From a virus (taxonomy: Duplodnaviria; Heunggongvirae; Uroviricota; Caudoviricetes), in IMG/VR virus record IMGVR_UViG_2724678985_000012: a DNA stretch of 64,000 nucleotides; one strand, 5' to 3'. The position numbers and the translations under genes were made by a program. This document shows, piece by piece, positions 48,291 to 58,500 of the stretch (its first letter is position 1; each line of letters starts with the position of its first letter). Under the pieces are notes generated by a model. It saw nothing but the letters and a program-made list of their open reading frames with translations. It was not told the DNA's origin and made no database searches.

Positions 48291-49949
48291 ATGAATAAGA
48301 TTAGTTTTTCGGTAGGGCAGGCAGCTGGCGTTGCTGTAATGTCAGTCAATGCTGACGCTACCCTCACCAATACCAGCGGTGGCGCTTCCGTCTTTGCTGG
48401 GCTTGTAATATCGCGTCGTGGCGCACCGGGTAAGGTACTGAAAGTTGACGATACGACTTATCAAAGCGTATTAGGTTCACCGATTCACCCTCGCCTGGGC
48501 GCGGCATTTGAACCATACCGCCACGTGGAGCGTGCAGTAAAAGGCGGTTCTGGATATGTCGTTCGAGTTTGCGCTAAAGACATGAAGGTACCGGGTATTT
48601 CTGTTTCCGTTGTGGGCAGAGCAAAAGCGGCAAAGGCGAGTAAAGAACTTTCCGTTGAACCAACTGAAACCACAGTAAATCCAGGTGACACATTAAGCGT
48701 TGGTGTTGCTTCAACAGTAACGACTCAATCAGAGGTCTTCACACCAAAAGAGACGCCTCAGATAAAAGGTGATGAGAAAGCATTATTCTTCATCAAAGAT
48801 GGTGATGCATCTCAAAATCGCACGTTATCACTAACCCGCGATAATGAAGAAAGCGAACTCTTTACGCTGACGCTGAAAGAAAAACAAACTGATGGGTCCA
48901 TTGAGGTACTGGAAAGCCACCAGGTGTCCTTCAATCCAGAAGGCACTAACGACATGGGCCAACCTGCATGGATTCCGACACTGCTTGAAAGCCAGTCCAC
49001 TCGCATTGGTGCCGTGCTGGCAGATGATGCAGAAGCATCTGCTGCTCAACTCATTTTTGAGGATGTAGCTTTTGAAGGTGGTACTGATGGCGATCTGTCC
49101 ACAATTAACACTGAAGACTATCTGGAAGCATTAAAGGTTCTCGAAGCTTCAGAGGTTAATTACACCGCATTGCTGTCACTGGGTTGTTATGACGCATCCG
49201 CCTTAGCCGCAATCAAAAAGCTGGCTGAAGATGTTCGCGTAGACATGTTCTATGACCTGAAGGGCAACCAGACACCTGAAAACGCTATTTCAGAAGCGAA
49301 AAGCCATAGTTTTGGCGGCTCACATCAACCAAGCCGTTACTACTTCCCGCTTTCCTGCCGAGATACCTTCACTGGGATGAATGTCGTCTATGGCATTAGT
49401 TGCGACGCATTCGTAGCGAAAGCAAAAGGAGTTGCGCTGGTACCGGATGTTGGTGGTTGGCATTACGCACCCGCAGGTATATCACGCGCAATTATTGATC
49501 GACAGAACATTGCCCGAATTCCAAATATCGGTGCAGTTGATCGTGAAGCGTTCGTTCTTGCGCGCATTAATCCAGTTTCAGTTGCTGCTGACGGGTCCGT
49601 TTACATTGACGACTCTTTAACAACTTACAGCAAAAACAACTATCTGCGATTCCAGCATGTGTCTTCCTTGATGAACGCCATCGCCAGAAATTTCTATGAC
49701 GTAGCTCAGGCGATTAAGCACGAACCGGATGGCATTACCAAAGAAACGCTCATGAAAGCAATGACTGAATTGCTTGACCGTTACGTTGCAGCCGGTGCGC
49801 TGGTTACTCCACGTGACAAATCCCAGGGCGAAGATCCATATGTTGTTCAGGTTGTCCAAAAGGACATCGATCTGTGGGAAGTGTCCTGGTCTGTTTGTCC
49901 GACCGGTACAGCTCGCCGAATCGTCGGTAAGCCAATTCTGATGCGCTGA
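48291..49949 (+). CDS. Virion structural protein, probable tail sheath (P1 gp22-like by position)
   Basis: 552 aa; Ig-like insertion near residues 118-140; assignment by synteny. Confidence 0.45.
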   Translation: MNKISFSVGQAAGVAVMSVNADATLTNTSGGASVFAGLVISRRGAPGKVLKVDDTTYQSVLGSPIHPRLGAAFEPYRHVERAVKGGSGYVVRVCAKDMKVPGISVSVVGRAKAAKASKELSVEPTETTVNPGDTLSVGVASTVTTQSEVFTPKETPQIKGDEKALFFIKDGDASQNRTLSLTRDNEESELFTLTLKEKQTDGSIEVLESHQVSFNPEGTNDMGQPAWIPTLLESQSTRIGAVLADDAEASAAQLIFEDVAFEGGTDGDLSTINTEDYLEALKVLEASEVNYTALLSLGCYDASALAAIKKLAEDVRVDMFYDLKGNQTPENAISEAKSHSFGGSHQPSRYYFPLSCRDTFTGMNVVYGISCDAFVAKAKGVALVPDVGGWHYAPAGISRAIIDRQNIARIPNIGAVDREAFVLARINPVSVAADGSVYIDDSLTTYSKNNYLRFQHVSSLMNAIARNFYDVAQAIKHEPDGITKETLMKAMTELLDRYVAAGALVTPRDKSQGEDPYVVQVVQKDIDLWEVSWSVCPTGTARRIVGKPILMR

Positions 49950-49987
49950 TTTATAACCCCCCGCTAAATGATGCGGGGGAAAGAGGT

Positions 49988-50728
49988 TTGAATATGAAAA
50001 ATTATACTGCTGATCCTTTTATGCGTGCGATTTTCGGTTCTGGCTGCTTTGAAAGCGGTGATAAATCCACGCAGGACAATAATGATAACGCCATGCTGGA
50101 AAGCGCAGGACAGAAAGGGAAGGACACTCAACCAAAGCCCAAAGACGACATTGAAACCGCAATGATGGAAGCGGTTGAATCCCGTGCACAAGGTGATATG
50201 CGCAGCCTGGCAGCTTCCATGCTTGCTGGTTGGGTTGAAGATGGTGATCCGGAGGCTGACTCATTTGATGCATTAGCAATCACTATGGCTGGTCTGGCTG
50301 ATATCGATGAAGACACCGATTTCACCGATGAGCAAATCGATGCTTATAACGATGCTCTCGCAGCTCTTGCTGATGCAGCTGTTGCGCTTGGCGCTGATCA
50401 GGACGATGTAACCGAAATGATCGACGATGAAGATGACTCAGCTGCCGAACGTGTTTATGACGCTCTTTCCGAAAGCGACACCGACATGATGGAAACAGCT
50501 ATTGCCATTTACACCGTTGCTGGTGGTGATAGCGCAATGCTGGAAGCGGTACGTAAAAAAGTGGTTCGTGATGGCAAGGTTACCATCATCCGTAAACGCC
50601 CGCGTCCTCGCCGCATGACGTCATTGCAAAAACAGGCGCTGAAAAAAGCACGCCGCAAAGCACATACATCCGTAGCGAATATCAACCGCAAAAAATCAAT
50701 GCGCATTCGCAAAAAACGCGGTTTGTAA
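49988..50728 (+). CDS. Highly acidic structural protein with basic C-terminus
   Basis: 246 aa; Asp/Glu-rich with Arg/Lys tail. Confidence 0.4.
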   Translation: MNMKNYTADPFMRAIFGSGCFESGDKSTQDNNDNAMLESAGQKGKDTQPKPKDDIETAMMEAVESRAQGDMRSLAASMLAGWVEDGDPEADSFDALAITMAGLADIDEDTDFTDEQIDAYNDALAALADAAVALGADQDDVTEMIDDEDDSAAERVYDALSESDTDMMETAIAIYTVAGGDSAMLEAVRKKVVRDGKVTIIRKRPRPRRMTSLQKQALKKARRKAHTSVANINRKKSMRIRKKRGL

Positions 50729-50777
50729 GTGACATAGGCCGCCTGCAAAGGTGGCCTCTACCTGGGAGAAATAGCGT

Positions 50778-51368
50778 TTGATTTGCGGCGCGATAATGCC
50801 TGACGGAATAAGTCCGTTAATGAAGGTTTATATCCTCTCTTCAGAGGATATGGTCGTCGGTTATATCGGTGAAGGATCTACCGCAGAACTGTCATCAATG
50901 TGGCAATCACCATTTGAAAACCAGTCAGTAGGAGGTTTGCTTGGCGGTATTAGCGCTGCGGCTGGCTCTCTTGCAGATACGCTTCAGACCGCAACCGGCG
51001 TAACAACAAAAACCCTCTTCAACTCAATGCTTGTTTGGGAAGGTCAGCAACCGCCTGAATTTAATCTGGTAATTGATTTCATGGCGACAACGAACGCGCA
51101 ACTTGAAGTGAACGCAGCCATTACAGCATTGCTGAAGATGGAATCGCCGGAACTGAACAATGTAGCGCCATTCGGTCGTCGCCCGGAGACAGTAACGTTA
51201 AACATAGGTAGGAACATAGCCCTTACCGACGTTGTTATCAAAAGCGTGAGTTACCAACTGGACGCCCCGCGCACACCGGAAGGCTATTTCACTCATAACA
51301 CGGTAACCCTGCAATGCAGCGGTAACACATCGATCAACCGTAGCAATATCTCATCTGTTTTTGTGTAG
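50778..51368 (+). CDS. Hypothetical structural protein
   Basis: 196-aa ORF. Confidence 0.4.
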   Translation: MICGAIMPDGISPLMKVYILSSEDMVVGYIGEGSTAELSSMWQSPFENQSVGGLLGGISAAAGSLADTLQTATGVTTKTLFNSMLVWEGQQPPEFNLVIDFMATTNAQLEVNAAITALLKMESPELNNVAPFGRRPETVTLNIGRNIALTDVVIKSVSYQLDAPRTPEGYFTHNTVTLQCSGNTSINRSNISSVFV

Positions 51369-51376
51369 GAGTATTT

Positions 51377-51868
51377 ATGTCCGGTTTTGCAAATACAAAA
51401 GCCGATATGGCCTTTCTAAAATCCCGGTTTAATAAAAACCTGGCTGCAGGCGAAAAACTTATTGGTTCTGAATATTGGATGACCATTAAGGGTTACGAAC
51501 ATCTGTCTGTACTAGTTCGTACAGCTCAGTTACCAGAAATGACACGTGAAGATGTGGAGGATTACGCCCCTGGTGGCATGAAATTCAACCAGCACGGACC
51601 ATTACGCAACTCTGGTGAATTTCAGGTCACATGCGCGGAAACTATCGAAGGCGCAGTTCTCGCCGCTGTAAAACAGATGGTATACGGAAAAGAATATCTG
51701 GAAATTACCTTACAGGCGGCGGCTGAATCGAATAGCGGTAACCATAAAGGTCTGATCCGCACATATTCTCATTGCAAAGTGTATTCCGACGCCGTGGACT
51801 TCTCATCCGAAGACGTAACGGCGGTCGTTAAACCTTCTCTGCGCATTGTTTACAACTGGGCGGAATAA
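51377..51868 (+). CDS. Hypothetical structural protein (tail tube candidate)
   Basis: 163 aa; size and position consistent with tube. Confidence 0.35.
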   Translation: MSGFANTKADMAFLKSRFNKNLAAGEKLIGSEYWMTIKGYEHLSVLVRTAQLPEMTREDVEDYAPGGMKFNQHGPLRNSGEFQVTCAETIEGAVLAAVKQMVYGKEYLEITLQAAAESNSGNHKGLIRTYSHCKVYSDAVDFSSEDVTAVVKPSLRIVYNWAE

Positions 51869-51922
51869 TCCCTATCCCGCCCTTGTGGCGGGAACATCCT
51901 TGTTATTGAGTTGTAGGCAACA

Positions 51923-52474
51923 ATGACACCAATTGAATTATTAGAAAGCGTTAAAGAGCGATTTAATCCACTGCTTGTGCGTGAAGAAGAAACGTTGAAA
52001 GCATTCCTGATCAAAGCTCTGACCACGTATCAGGACAGGGCAGGGGTAGTGAAAACGTTAAAACTTGAAAAAGCTGGTGGTACTGCAATTCCGTTGCCAG
52101 AAGATTATCTCTCTCTGGTTCATGTTACCGACAACAACGGCCTGTTGGTCTATTCGGATGAATTATCCGGATTTATTGAATTAGAGCTAACAGGTTCAGA
52201 ACGCTGGCCTTTACGAATGCTGTATCTGGTTAACCTACGCGACAGAAAGCTGGATGAATGGCAAGTGCCTCCTGCAATCATTGGAATGCTGGAGGAATAT
52301 CTAGAGGCGCTTATCAATGTAAGAAATGTCGCTCGGCAGCGTAGAGCGTCCATCGACGGGAAATTTGACTACTCCGATCTGCCCGATGAAGCCACGCTAT
52401 ATGCCCGCGTGCAGGAGATTGAGGAAAAAATGTCCTCAAACCGGGCCATTATTCCGGGGGCTACCATTTTTTAA
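51923..52474 (+). CDS. Hypothetical structural protein
   Basis: 183-aa ORF. Confidence 0.4.
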   Translation: MTPIELLESVKERFNPLLVREEETLKAFLIKALTTYQDRAGVVKTLKLEKAGGTAIPLPEDYLSLVHVTDNNGLLVYSDELSGFIELELTGSERWPLRMLYLVNLRDRKLDEWQVPPAIIGMLEEYLEALINVRNVARQRRASIDGKFDYSDLPDEATLYARVQEIEEKMSSNRAIIPGATIF

Positions 52475-52489
52475 CGCTGGAGGCGCAGA

Positions 52490-53197
52490 GTGAGTATTTT
52501 CAGCAGCGTTGGTAGAACGTTGACCACCGCATTGTCATTTAACACGAAATCATTCACCAGCAACCTCATTAGCGACATTCTTGATAAAGCCATATCAGGC
52601 GGCGGGGTAAGCGGGAATTACAGTAGCGATATTGCCTACGGGAAAAATATTGTTGCTGCCGCTATGCGTATCCGTTACGCCCAGGGGTGGCAGTGGACCG
52701 TTGAAGTGGATGGTCTGAACGGCTTCGATATGTTCGTGAAGGATATCACCTACAGCAGTGGGAACATCGAGACAGAAAGCAAGGTGATCGGCAGCGTAGA
52801 ATTCAGCAAGCCAACCTATGTTAGCGCCGGACCGGTCACTATGACCGTGAGGGATACCGAAGATGGCAAGATCATGGACTGGTTCAAAGAGCGTCGTTCT
52901 CGTGTAACAAATCCTGATGGAACAATAAACCTTCCTCCTGAATATCTGATGAAAATCCGTGTCTACCGGGTGACTCAGGACGGCGGAAAAGAACTGGAAG
53001 AAGAAATGCGCGTATTTCCTACGCAACTTGGGGAAATCACACGCTCACGTGATCAGGTGTCAGAGTTCTTGTCATACCCAATCACTTTCCATAAATACAC
53101 ATCCGCAGGCTCAGGTGTTTCTGCTTTGGTCAACGGTGCCGCTGGCATGGCTACAAGTGCGTTAAAGGGGGCTGTGAGTGGAGTAATCAAATTCTGA
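52490..53197 (+). CDS. Hypothetical structural protein
   Basis: 235-aa ORF. Confidence 0.4.
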   Translation: MSIFSSVGRTLTTALSFNTKSFTSNLISDILDKAISGGGVSGNYSSDIAYGKNIVAAAMRIRYAQGWQWTVEVDGLNGFDMFVKDITYSSGNIETESKVIGSVEFSKPTYVSAGPVTMTVRDTEDGKIMDWFKERRSRVTNPDGTINLPPEYLMKIRVYRVTQDGGKELEEEMRVFPTQLGEITRSRDQVSEFLSYPITFHKYTSAGSGVSALVNGAAGMATSALKGAVSGVIKF

Positions 53198-53286
53198 ATA
53201 GCTTTAATTATGTGTGCTGGAGGGTTGCTCATTTCCCGCCAGCACCCACGCCCTCAACGATAGCGGGTAGGGAAGGTAGCGCAATT

Positions 53287-53582
53287 TTGAGGGCATTTTT
53301 TACATCATCAATTCATCTGTAATGAAGGCATTCTTTACACATTTCAATAATATCAATCAGTTAACACAGTGAATGATAATAAAAAAGCGCAATAAGAATG
53401 CACGATACGCACGATATTGGTTGAGGGCGATTTTTACATAGTCCTTACATATCAATACGTTATATAAAAACACAACTTGCTAATAACAAGATACATGCAA
53501 TTAAGATGTAAAAATTGCCCTCAATTGCCGATCGTTAAGGGCAAATTCTACACCTTGAGAGGGGTGTAAAAATTGCCCTTAA
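53287..53582. repeat. Iteron array downstream of repA (incA-like)
   Basis: Five copies of about 19 bp TGAGGGC(A/G)ATTTTTACA(T/C)C in both orientations. Confidence 0.7.
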
Positions 53583-54367
53583 GACTGCTGATAGGTAAAT
53601 TTTATCCTGGTAACTTTGCCGCCTTCCGTCACCTCTGAGAAGACTATTTTCATTTTTGTATTTTTTTCAATCTCTGCTACAGCCTTCGTTAAAAAACTTC
53701 TCTTAAATTCGGCATACCGCTGATAGCTTTTTGGTAACCCATAACGCTCCCGCATCCATTCGACGCCAAGTATGGCAAAGCCGCTTCCATCATCCTTCCT
53801 GTACTGGCATAAGGACTCATAAAGCCGCATAGAATAAGGATTTGTAAGGCGAGATACTTCGGTAAAATTCAGCCTTGTGAATCTCTTATCAAGCAGAGTA
53901 AAAAACGGCATGAGATATGGATTAAGATGAATAATGTAAGTCCCGCGCCGTGGTGAATAGGCATCCTTAATCATCCAAGGATAAGACTCATAACTGTCTT
54001 CTGATTCGGTCGATTCATCAGGGTTATATATCGTAACTTTCTTCTCGCTAAGCCCTGAAATGGCCTTACGAATATCCTTGCTGGCTTCAGCAGAGGGCAA
54101 ATTATACATCTCTGCATATTCGTTGACCGTCAACTCACAGGCACCTGAACCAAGAACGCCATCCTTAGAAGCATAGCGAAGTCTTCCCACCACAATAAAC
54201 AACAGTCGCTTTTGGTCGCGAGTCAGGTGATAAGCAGCCTCCGTGATCTCATTGGCTTGTGCCAAACTACGACTAATAGGTGTCGCTGACTCAATCAGGC
54301 TGACGGCTTTTGCTGTTAATTCCGCTCTGTTCATAACCCTGTGTGATCCTTCAAATGGTGAGGGCAA
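53579..54367 (-). CDS. repA: RepA plasmid replication initiator
   Basis: 262 aa flanked on both sides by iteron arrays with AT-rich region and DnaA-box-like site upstream. Confidence 0.7.
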   Translation of the reverse strand: MPSPFEGSHRVMNRAELTAKAVSLIESATPISRSLAQANEITEAAYHLTRDQKRLLFIVVGRLRYASKDGVLGSGACELTVNEYAEMYNLPSAEASKDIRKAISGLSEKKVTIYNPDESTESEDSYESYPWMIKDAYSPRRGTYIIHLNPYLMPFFTLLDKRFTRLNFTEVSRLTNPYSMRLYESLCQYRKDDGSGFAILGVEWMRERYGLPKSYQRYAEFKRSFLTKAVAEIEKNTKMKIVFSEVTEGGKVTRIKFTYQQS

Positions 54368-54617
54368 TTTTTACATCACTTTGAGGGCAATTACTACACC
54401 TTTTGAGGGCAAATCTTACACCTTTTGAGGGCAAATCTTACACCGATCGTATTTAATTGAGGGCAAATCTTACACCAGCCTCCTCTACAGCCCGCGCCAC
54501 TACTGGCTCCAGCGACGCCTAAAAAGGATCTAAAAAGGATTAAAAATGGAAAAAGGTTTATAAAAATACTCTGTGGATATGTGAGTAGCGTCACTTAAGG
54601 TGTAAAAATCACCCTCA
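54359..54617. repeat. Origin-type iteron array upstream of repA with AT-rich region and DnaA-box-like site
   Basis: Five direct TGAGGGCAA(A/T)TnTTACACC copies at 54359-54476, one inverted at 54599-54617; TAAAAAGGAT repeats; TGTGGATAT at 54572-54580; GATC sites. Confidence 0.7.
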
Positions 54618-54722
54618 ATAATCGCTTCTCGACCGGCAAAGATCTTCATTCAATCCCCATCGCAAATCACACACTCCCTATCCTCTGGAAAATGAACAGA
54701 TACCTGCTTTTCGGAGGAATAC

Positions 54723-55544
54723 TTGAACATTCCAAAATTCCCATTGCCTTCCCGTCCTGAGACAGAAATTCAGTTCCACGCCCCTACCGTGAAGGATGCG
54801 CTGAAATATTCTGACCTGAACCCGGCAGAAGATGAGGCAACTACTACAGAGTACCTTAACTCTATGCAGGATGGTGAAATTAACGACAGTGCTAACTGGA
54901 CAGTTCAGGATCGCAGAACTGCTCTTTGGTGGATATTTGTTAATTCGCGCCCCGATGCAGTAATGACCTACTCCTATGAGTGCAGTCACTGCGGTAATAC
55001 GCATCATGCAGATATTAACCTGAGCGACCTGGCCCAAACAGTAGAAATACTCACCGTACCTCCTTACGTGAAAACCAACGTACCAGTAAATGGAGTACCA
55101 ACAGACTGGATACTTAAACCATTAACCGGGAAAGGCGCGGAACTCCTTGAACGAATGCGAGCGTCACTTCCTGATATGAAAAGCCCCGAATACAGTGCTG
55201 GCGTGGCACGGATGCGGATTGCTGAACTGGCTTTATGCACGGCGCTTGAAGACGATCCGGAGGACTTCACGCAGGCCGCTAACCGACGCTTTGACATTAT
55301 TGAAAGCATGGCGCTTGAAACCGAGTTTACACCGCTTGTGGCTCGCATACAGCTTATGCAAAAAGACCTACGCCACGGCCTGAAAATGTCTATTGAGAGA
55401 GGCGCAAGCCGACTGATCCTGCCTCCGCAACATTGCAAAAACGCTAAGGAGGGTGCAGATGTGACAACCACACTGTACGTCCCCTTTCTCAATAGAGAGT
55501 TTATCCCATCAATTAGATCTGAATGGATGGCTAACCATTATTAA
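54723..55544 (+). CDS. Hypothetical protein
   Basis: 273-aa ORF upstream of tape-measure-like gene. Confidence 0.4.
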   Translation: MNIPKFPLPSRPETEIQFHAPTVKDALKYSDLNPAEDEATTTEYLNSMQDGEINDSANWTVQDRRTALWWIFVNSRPDAVMTYSYECSHCGNTHHADINLSDLAQTVEILTVPPYVKTNVPVNGVPTDWILKPLTGKGAELLERMRASLPDMKSPEYSAGVARMRIAELALCTALEDDPEDFTQAANRRFDIIESMALETEFTPLVARIQLMQKDLRHGLKMSIERGASRLILPPQHCKNAKEGADVTTTLYVPFLNREFIPSIRSEWMANHY

Positions 55545-55558
55545 CAACCTGACTCTAT

Positions 55559-58500
55559 ATGGATATCAGCCCGTTAGCGACGTTGAACAATTACCGCAAT
55601 GGCGAGCACTCCATATGTCAAAAGCCCTGGAAGAAAAATACAAAGCTCAAGCTGGGAAACGTTGATCGCGCTGGTAAAAGAGAGGTTATTTTGAAAGAAA
55701 ATAAAGACCGTATCGCAATAATTGACGCTATTCAGGAAGCGAGCACAAACGAACTTAAAGCTCTTGCTGAGGTAAAAGACGCCATTCTTTCTGGGGCAAG
55801 CACCATAACTCAACAGGACGAAAGGCAAGGCAGAGTTAGCAACAGACTATCACGCAGGCGTAAAGACTACGAGCAAAGTACATCTGATAGCGTTAGAGAT
55901 GTCCAAACTAACCCATATAAAAAACGTCTCCCTGCTAAAAAGGAGAGGGCACCGATAAACCAAACCGTGGACCGCTCTATCGTTGCAACGAACACACCAG
56001 AAAGTGTTCGCTCTGTGCAATCACGTCAGACCATCCGAAAATCGGACGGTTTTATACCAGTAGCTGCTAATTCAGCACCTCTTGAACCACAATCCCCTCA
56101 AAGTCTAAAAGGCCCGCTGCGGGATAGTAATGGACGTTTTGTATCCCAAAAAAGCAATGAGGATGTAGCCAGAAAAAAAGAATTGCAGAACGCACGTAAA
56201 GCCGACGCAAAATTACAAGCTGGCTTTCTCAGAAAGCTAGGTTCCATTATGGGGGTAGATGGCAATCAGTCTTCCAGTGAAGAGTCTTTAACAAATGCAG
56301 CTGGTGTCGGTGCTGGTGGGCCGTTATGGATGGCGGCTCGTGGCATGTACGACATAACTAAAGAGATCACAGGTAAAGCAGAATCTCTTAAAGAATGGGT
56401 AGAAAAGGGGAAAAAAGAAACATCAACCTCGAAAGCGATATCACCAGTAATTACTTATCCGGCGGCGGTGAATTCTCAAAAATCAACATCTGCAAAAGCG
56501 TTCAATAACGCTGTTGAGACAAAATCCGCACAAGCAGTAGAAGAGCAAACCAAAATCCTTCAGACCAATGACAACAAAATAATTGATGGTCTGGAAAATG
56601 TTTCTGACGAGATAGTTAAGCTTCGGAAATCAGTGTCTTCTGGAAATAAGTTCGGCTTAAGTGATCTCTGGAAAAATCGAGCAAGCAGAAGAAATAAAAT
56701 CAATATTGGTGATCGGGCGGGAAAAAATAAACGGAACAAATCGAAAAGGAAAGGCCGCAATCTTGGGAAAAAAGCACTCTCCGTTGGCGAAAAAGTTGCT
56801 GCCGGTAGCGCTGCAGCTGGCACTGGTGTCGGAACAGCCAAAGCAGTTAAAAATAAGATCAGCAAACCCAAAGATGTAAGCACTATCAGCGATACATCAA
56901 AGGGGATTGCAAAGGAAACAAAAAATACTGCTAAGGCCGTGAAGTCAGCTGGTGTTGTGGCTGAAGATACTACCATTAAAACCGGCGAAGCCATTGCAAA
57001 GAAAAAAACTGAATCTGTAGCCCTCAAAAGTGCTGCAAAAATAGGTGTTAAATCAGCAGCATCCACAGCGGCAAGAGCGGTCCCTATCATCGGTTCGCTG
57101 GCAATGGCTGGATATGACGCCATAGATGGTTACACAGATACAGAGGCGCAAAAGGCAGCCTTTGGTTTAAGTGACGATGATGCTGTATCCGAACAGCAAA
57201 AAACGGCTTACGCAACAGCTAATGTGCTCGATATGGGGGGCTTGGTGTCGGGCGCAACAAACTTGATAGGGAAAGGAATTTCTGCGCTAGGATTTGAAAG
57301 AGCTGGTGAAAAACTTCAGAATTTTGATACCGGAGATATTGCTCGTGGTGTTAACGGTGCAGTAGATATCACCAAATCTGTTTTTGGTAGCCTTAAGGAT
57401 ACATTTTTATCCACTGACGAAAACACGAAACAAGTAAAAAAAGCGGTTGAGGATGGCACCAAGAAGACCGTCGATGCGATTCATTCTTTAGGTGAGCAGC
57501 TACAAGGCGGGCGTGATGGTGAAGATGGTGTTGGTGAGCACGGGTATACTTCCCCGGCTGAATTTAATGCCCCTGCCAGCAACACCATTGCAGCGGATCT
57601 GAATATTGGTGGCAGCAACGCTAAAAACCGCAATTACCGGAATAATAACCTCGGCAACCTTGTTTTCGCTAATCAGGAAGGGGCGGCGCTGGAAGCACCA
57701 AATGCAAAAGGTGAACAACGTTTTGCGCGATTTAACACGCCTGAAGAAGGGATCAGGGCGCTGGCAAACCAGGTGTCAAGCTATTACAACGGCACCAGCG
57801 CCGCCGCTGGGTATCAGAAGCTACAGACGGTATCCAGTATTATTTCCAAATGGGCACCCCCAAAGGAGAACAATACTAATCAATATATTGATAACGTCAG
57901 CAAATATCTTGGCGTCTCGCCTAATGAAAAAATAGACGTCAGCAACCCAGAGGTTATGACGCAATTAGTTCGTGCAATAGCGACGAAAGAAGGTGGAAAC
58001 CCGGCGGTTAACAATGAGTTCATAAAGAATGCTCTTGGGGCATTTAACACAAACACTGGTCGATGGGAGGGACAATTCTCTGACGAAACATTGGCGCGGA
58101 TTAATAAAATTCAGAAAGAAAATGGTGGTCAGCTAATTGCCCGCGATTCGCAATATAGTGTTGGTCGCAAGGTAAAATATGCTAATGGAAAATCTCCAGC
58201 TCAACCAGTTTTGAATGCCGTTCCGACAGCAACACAACAGCCAATTGAGGTTGCACAACATGCCCAGGCAGTCAAAAAGCCACAAAAAACAGGCAATCAA
58301 TCGCAACCGATTAATCCAGAGAATGTTGATGTTAATACTGGCTCGCCATCAAGTCTGCTTGAGAGATTAATCGCTATAAATGACAGCGGGGTAGGTAATT
58401 TATTTGGAGGTGCGGCTACCAGCCTTGCTGGTACAAGCCTTGGCCTGATTAAGGATTTTGCGTCGGCGACTTCGTTTGGTTCTATATCTTCGCTTTCCGA

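Noticed and set aside
53287-54617. CRISPR array (regularly repeated ~19-bp elements)
   Set aside because: Repeats are irregularly spaced, occur in both orientations, flank a rep gene and include an AT-rich stretch and DnaA-box-like site; this is an iteron-type origin, not repeat-spacer architecture, and no cas genes are present.
56560-57123. 187-aa minus-strand ORF
   Set aside because: Antisense to the 1260-aa tape-measure-like gene in a low-complexity Ala-rich region; no RBS or independent support.
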